DNA of 64,000 nucleotides from Mobula hypostoma (taxonomy: Eukaryota): assembly GCF_963921235.1 (NCBI RefSeq), contig NC_086108.1, forward strand, positions 14,694,001-14,758,000, given 5' to 3'. A program made the translations under genes and the position numbers. Each line of letters starts with the position of its first letter. The stretch's first letter is position 1. This document shows positions 63,264 through 64,000 of this stretch, piece after piece. The notes under the pieces are model-generated. The model was given only the letters and a program-made list of their open reading frames with translations, did not search any database and had not been told where the DNA came from.

Positions 63264-64000
63264 TATTAACGATGAGGTTTTAGGGAATTGGAGGCACATA
63301 ATAAAATTGGAGGAAGGTAGCATCATTTCCTTCAGGTGAAATCTCACCTGGAATTCTTTGAGGAAATAACAGGCACGATAGACGAAAGAAATCAGTGAAT
63401 GTGGTTTACTTGGATTCTTAGAAGGCATTTCACAAGATGCAGTACGAAGCTGCTTAACAAGATAAGAGCCCATGGTATTACGGAAAGATAATACCCTGCA
63501 GAGAAGGTTGGCTGACTGCCAGGAGGCAAAGAGCGGGAATAAAGGGGGACTTACCTGGTTGGCTGCCAGTGACTAGTGGTATTCCACGGGGTTGGTGCTG
63601 GGACCGAATCTTTTCACGTTATGTATCAGGGAGTTGATGGAATTGAGGGCTTTGTGACTAGATTTGAAGACAATAGAAAGATAGGTGGAGGAGCAGGTAA
63701 TGTTGAGGAAACAGGGAGTCTGCAGAAGGTCTTGGACATAGTAGGAGAATGAGTAAAGAGCGCAAATGGAATACAGTGTAGGGAATGTATGTAAAGTGCA
63801 TAACTGTATAGTGTATGGTCATGCACTTTAGTATGAAGAATTAATGCACAGACCATCCAAGCAGGAAGAATGTTAAGAATTAAGGTGCAAAGGGACTTGG
63901 GGAGTCCTTGTACAGGATTCGCTAAAGGTTACCTTTCAAGTTGAGTTGGTGATAAGGAAGACAAATGCAATGTTACAATTCATTTCGAGAGATTAAAAAA

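Larger units (their letters stand above)
57380..64000 (+). mobile_element. Near full-length degenerate CR1 (ORF1 SGNH-esterase remnant, endonuclease, RT) hosting multiple insertions; runs off the window
   Basis: VVHVGTNNIGK (ORF1), YLNARSMWNK, GVIYRPPN and GDF (endonuclease); sequence resumes after 60925 and after 63263. Confidence 0.85.

Noticed and set aside
62844..63269. 141-aa ORF in a CpG-rich segment
   Set aside because: It lies wholly inside a repeat insertion; the open frame is explained by GC content.
49629..64000. Further downstream CACNA1E exons, and an upstream exon in 1-5375
   Set aside because: No recognisable channel peptide with splice sites; the sequence is almost all repeat-derived. 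A short divergent exon cannot be fully excluded.

Overview
Vertebrate genomic DNA, most likely from a cartilaginous fish (a ray; inferred from the repeat families and from peptides resembling my recollection of the Discopyge doe-1 channel). The whole window lies inside one + strand gene, a Cav2-family calcium channel alpha-1 subunit best matching CACNA1E (Cav2.3). Eight coding exons are present, covering the domain IV pore loop and S6, EF-hand, pre-IQ, IQ and post-IQ regions. Two of them are 97-nt mutually exclusive EF-hand exons (37a-like and 37b-like). About 0.9 kb is coding. The rest is intron packed with nested repeats: CR1 LINEs, Neptune-type Penelope-like elements (PLEs), Rex1/Babar LINEs, V-SINE/HE1-like SINEs, RTE-type non-autonomous elements, an IR/DR Tc1 transposon and a Harbinger derivative. 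The most interesting hidden layer is catalytic RNA. Minimal hammerhead ribozymes sit in the PLE terminal repeats, including short TSD-flanked solo and fold-back insertions. There is also a twister ribozyme relic that begins at its cleavage site and a possible degenerate HDV-like fold. Exon and TSD coordinates were read directly; boundaries of old repeats are approximate. No searches were run.
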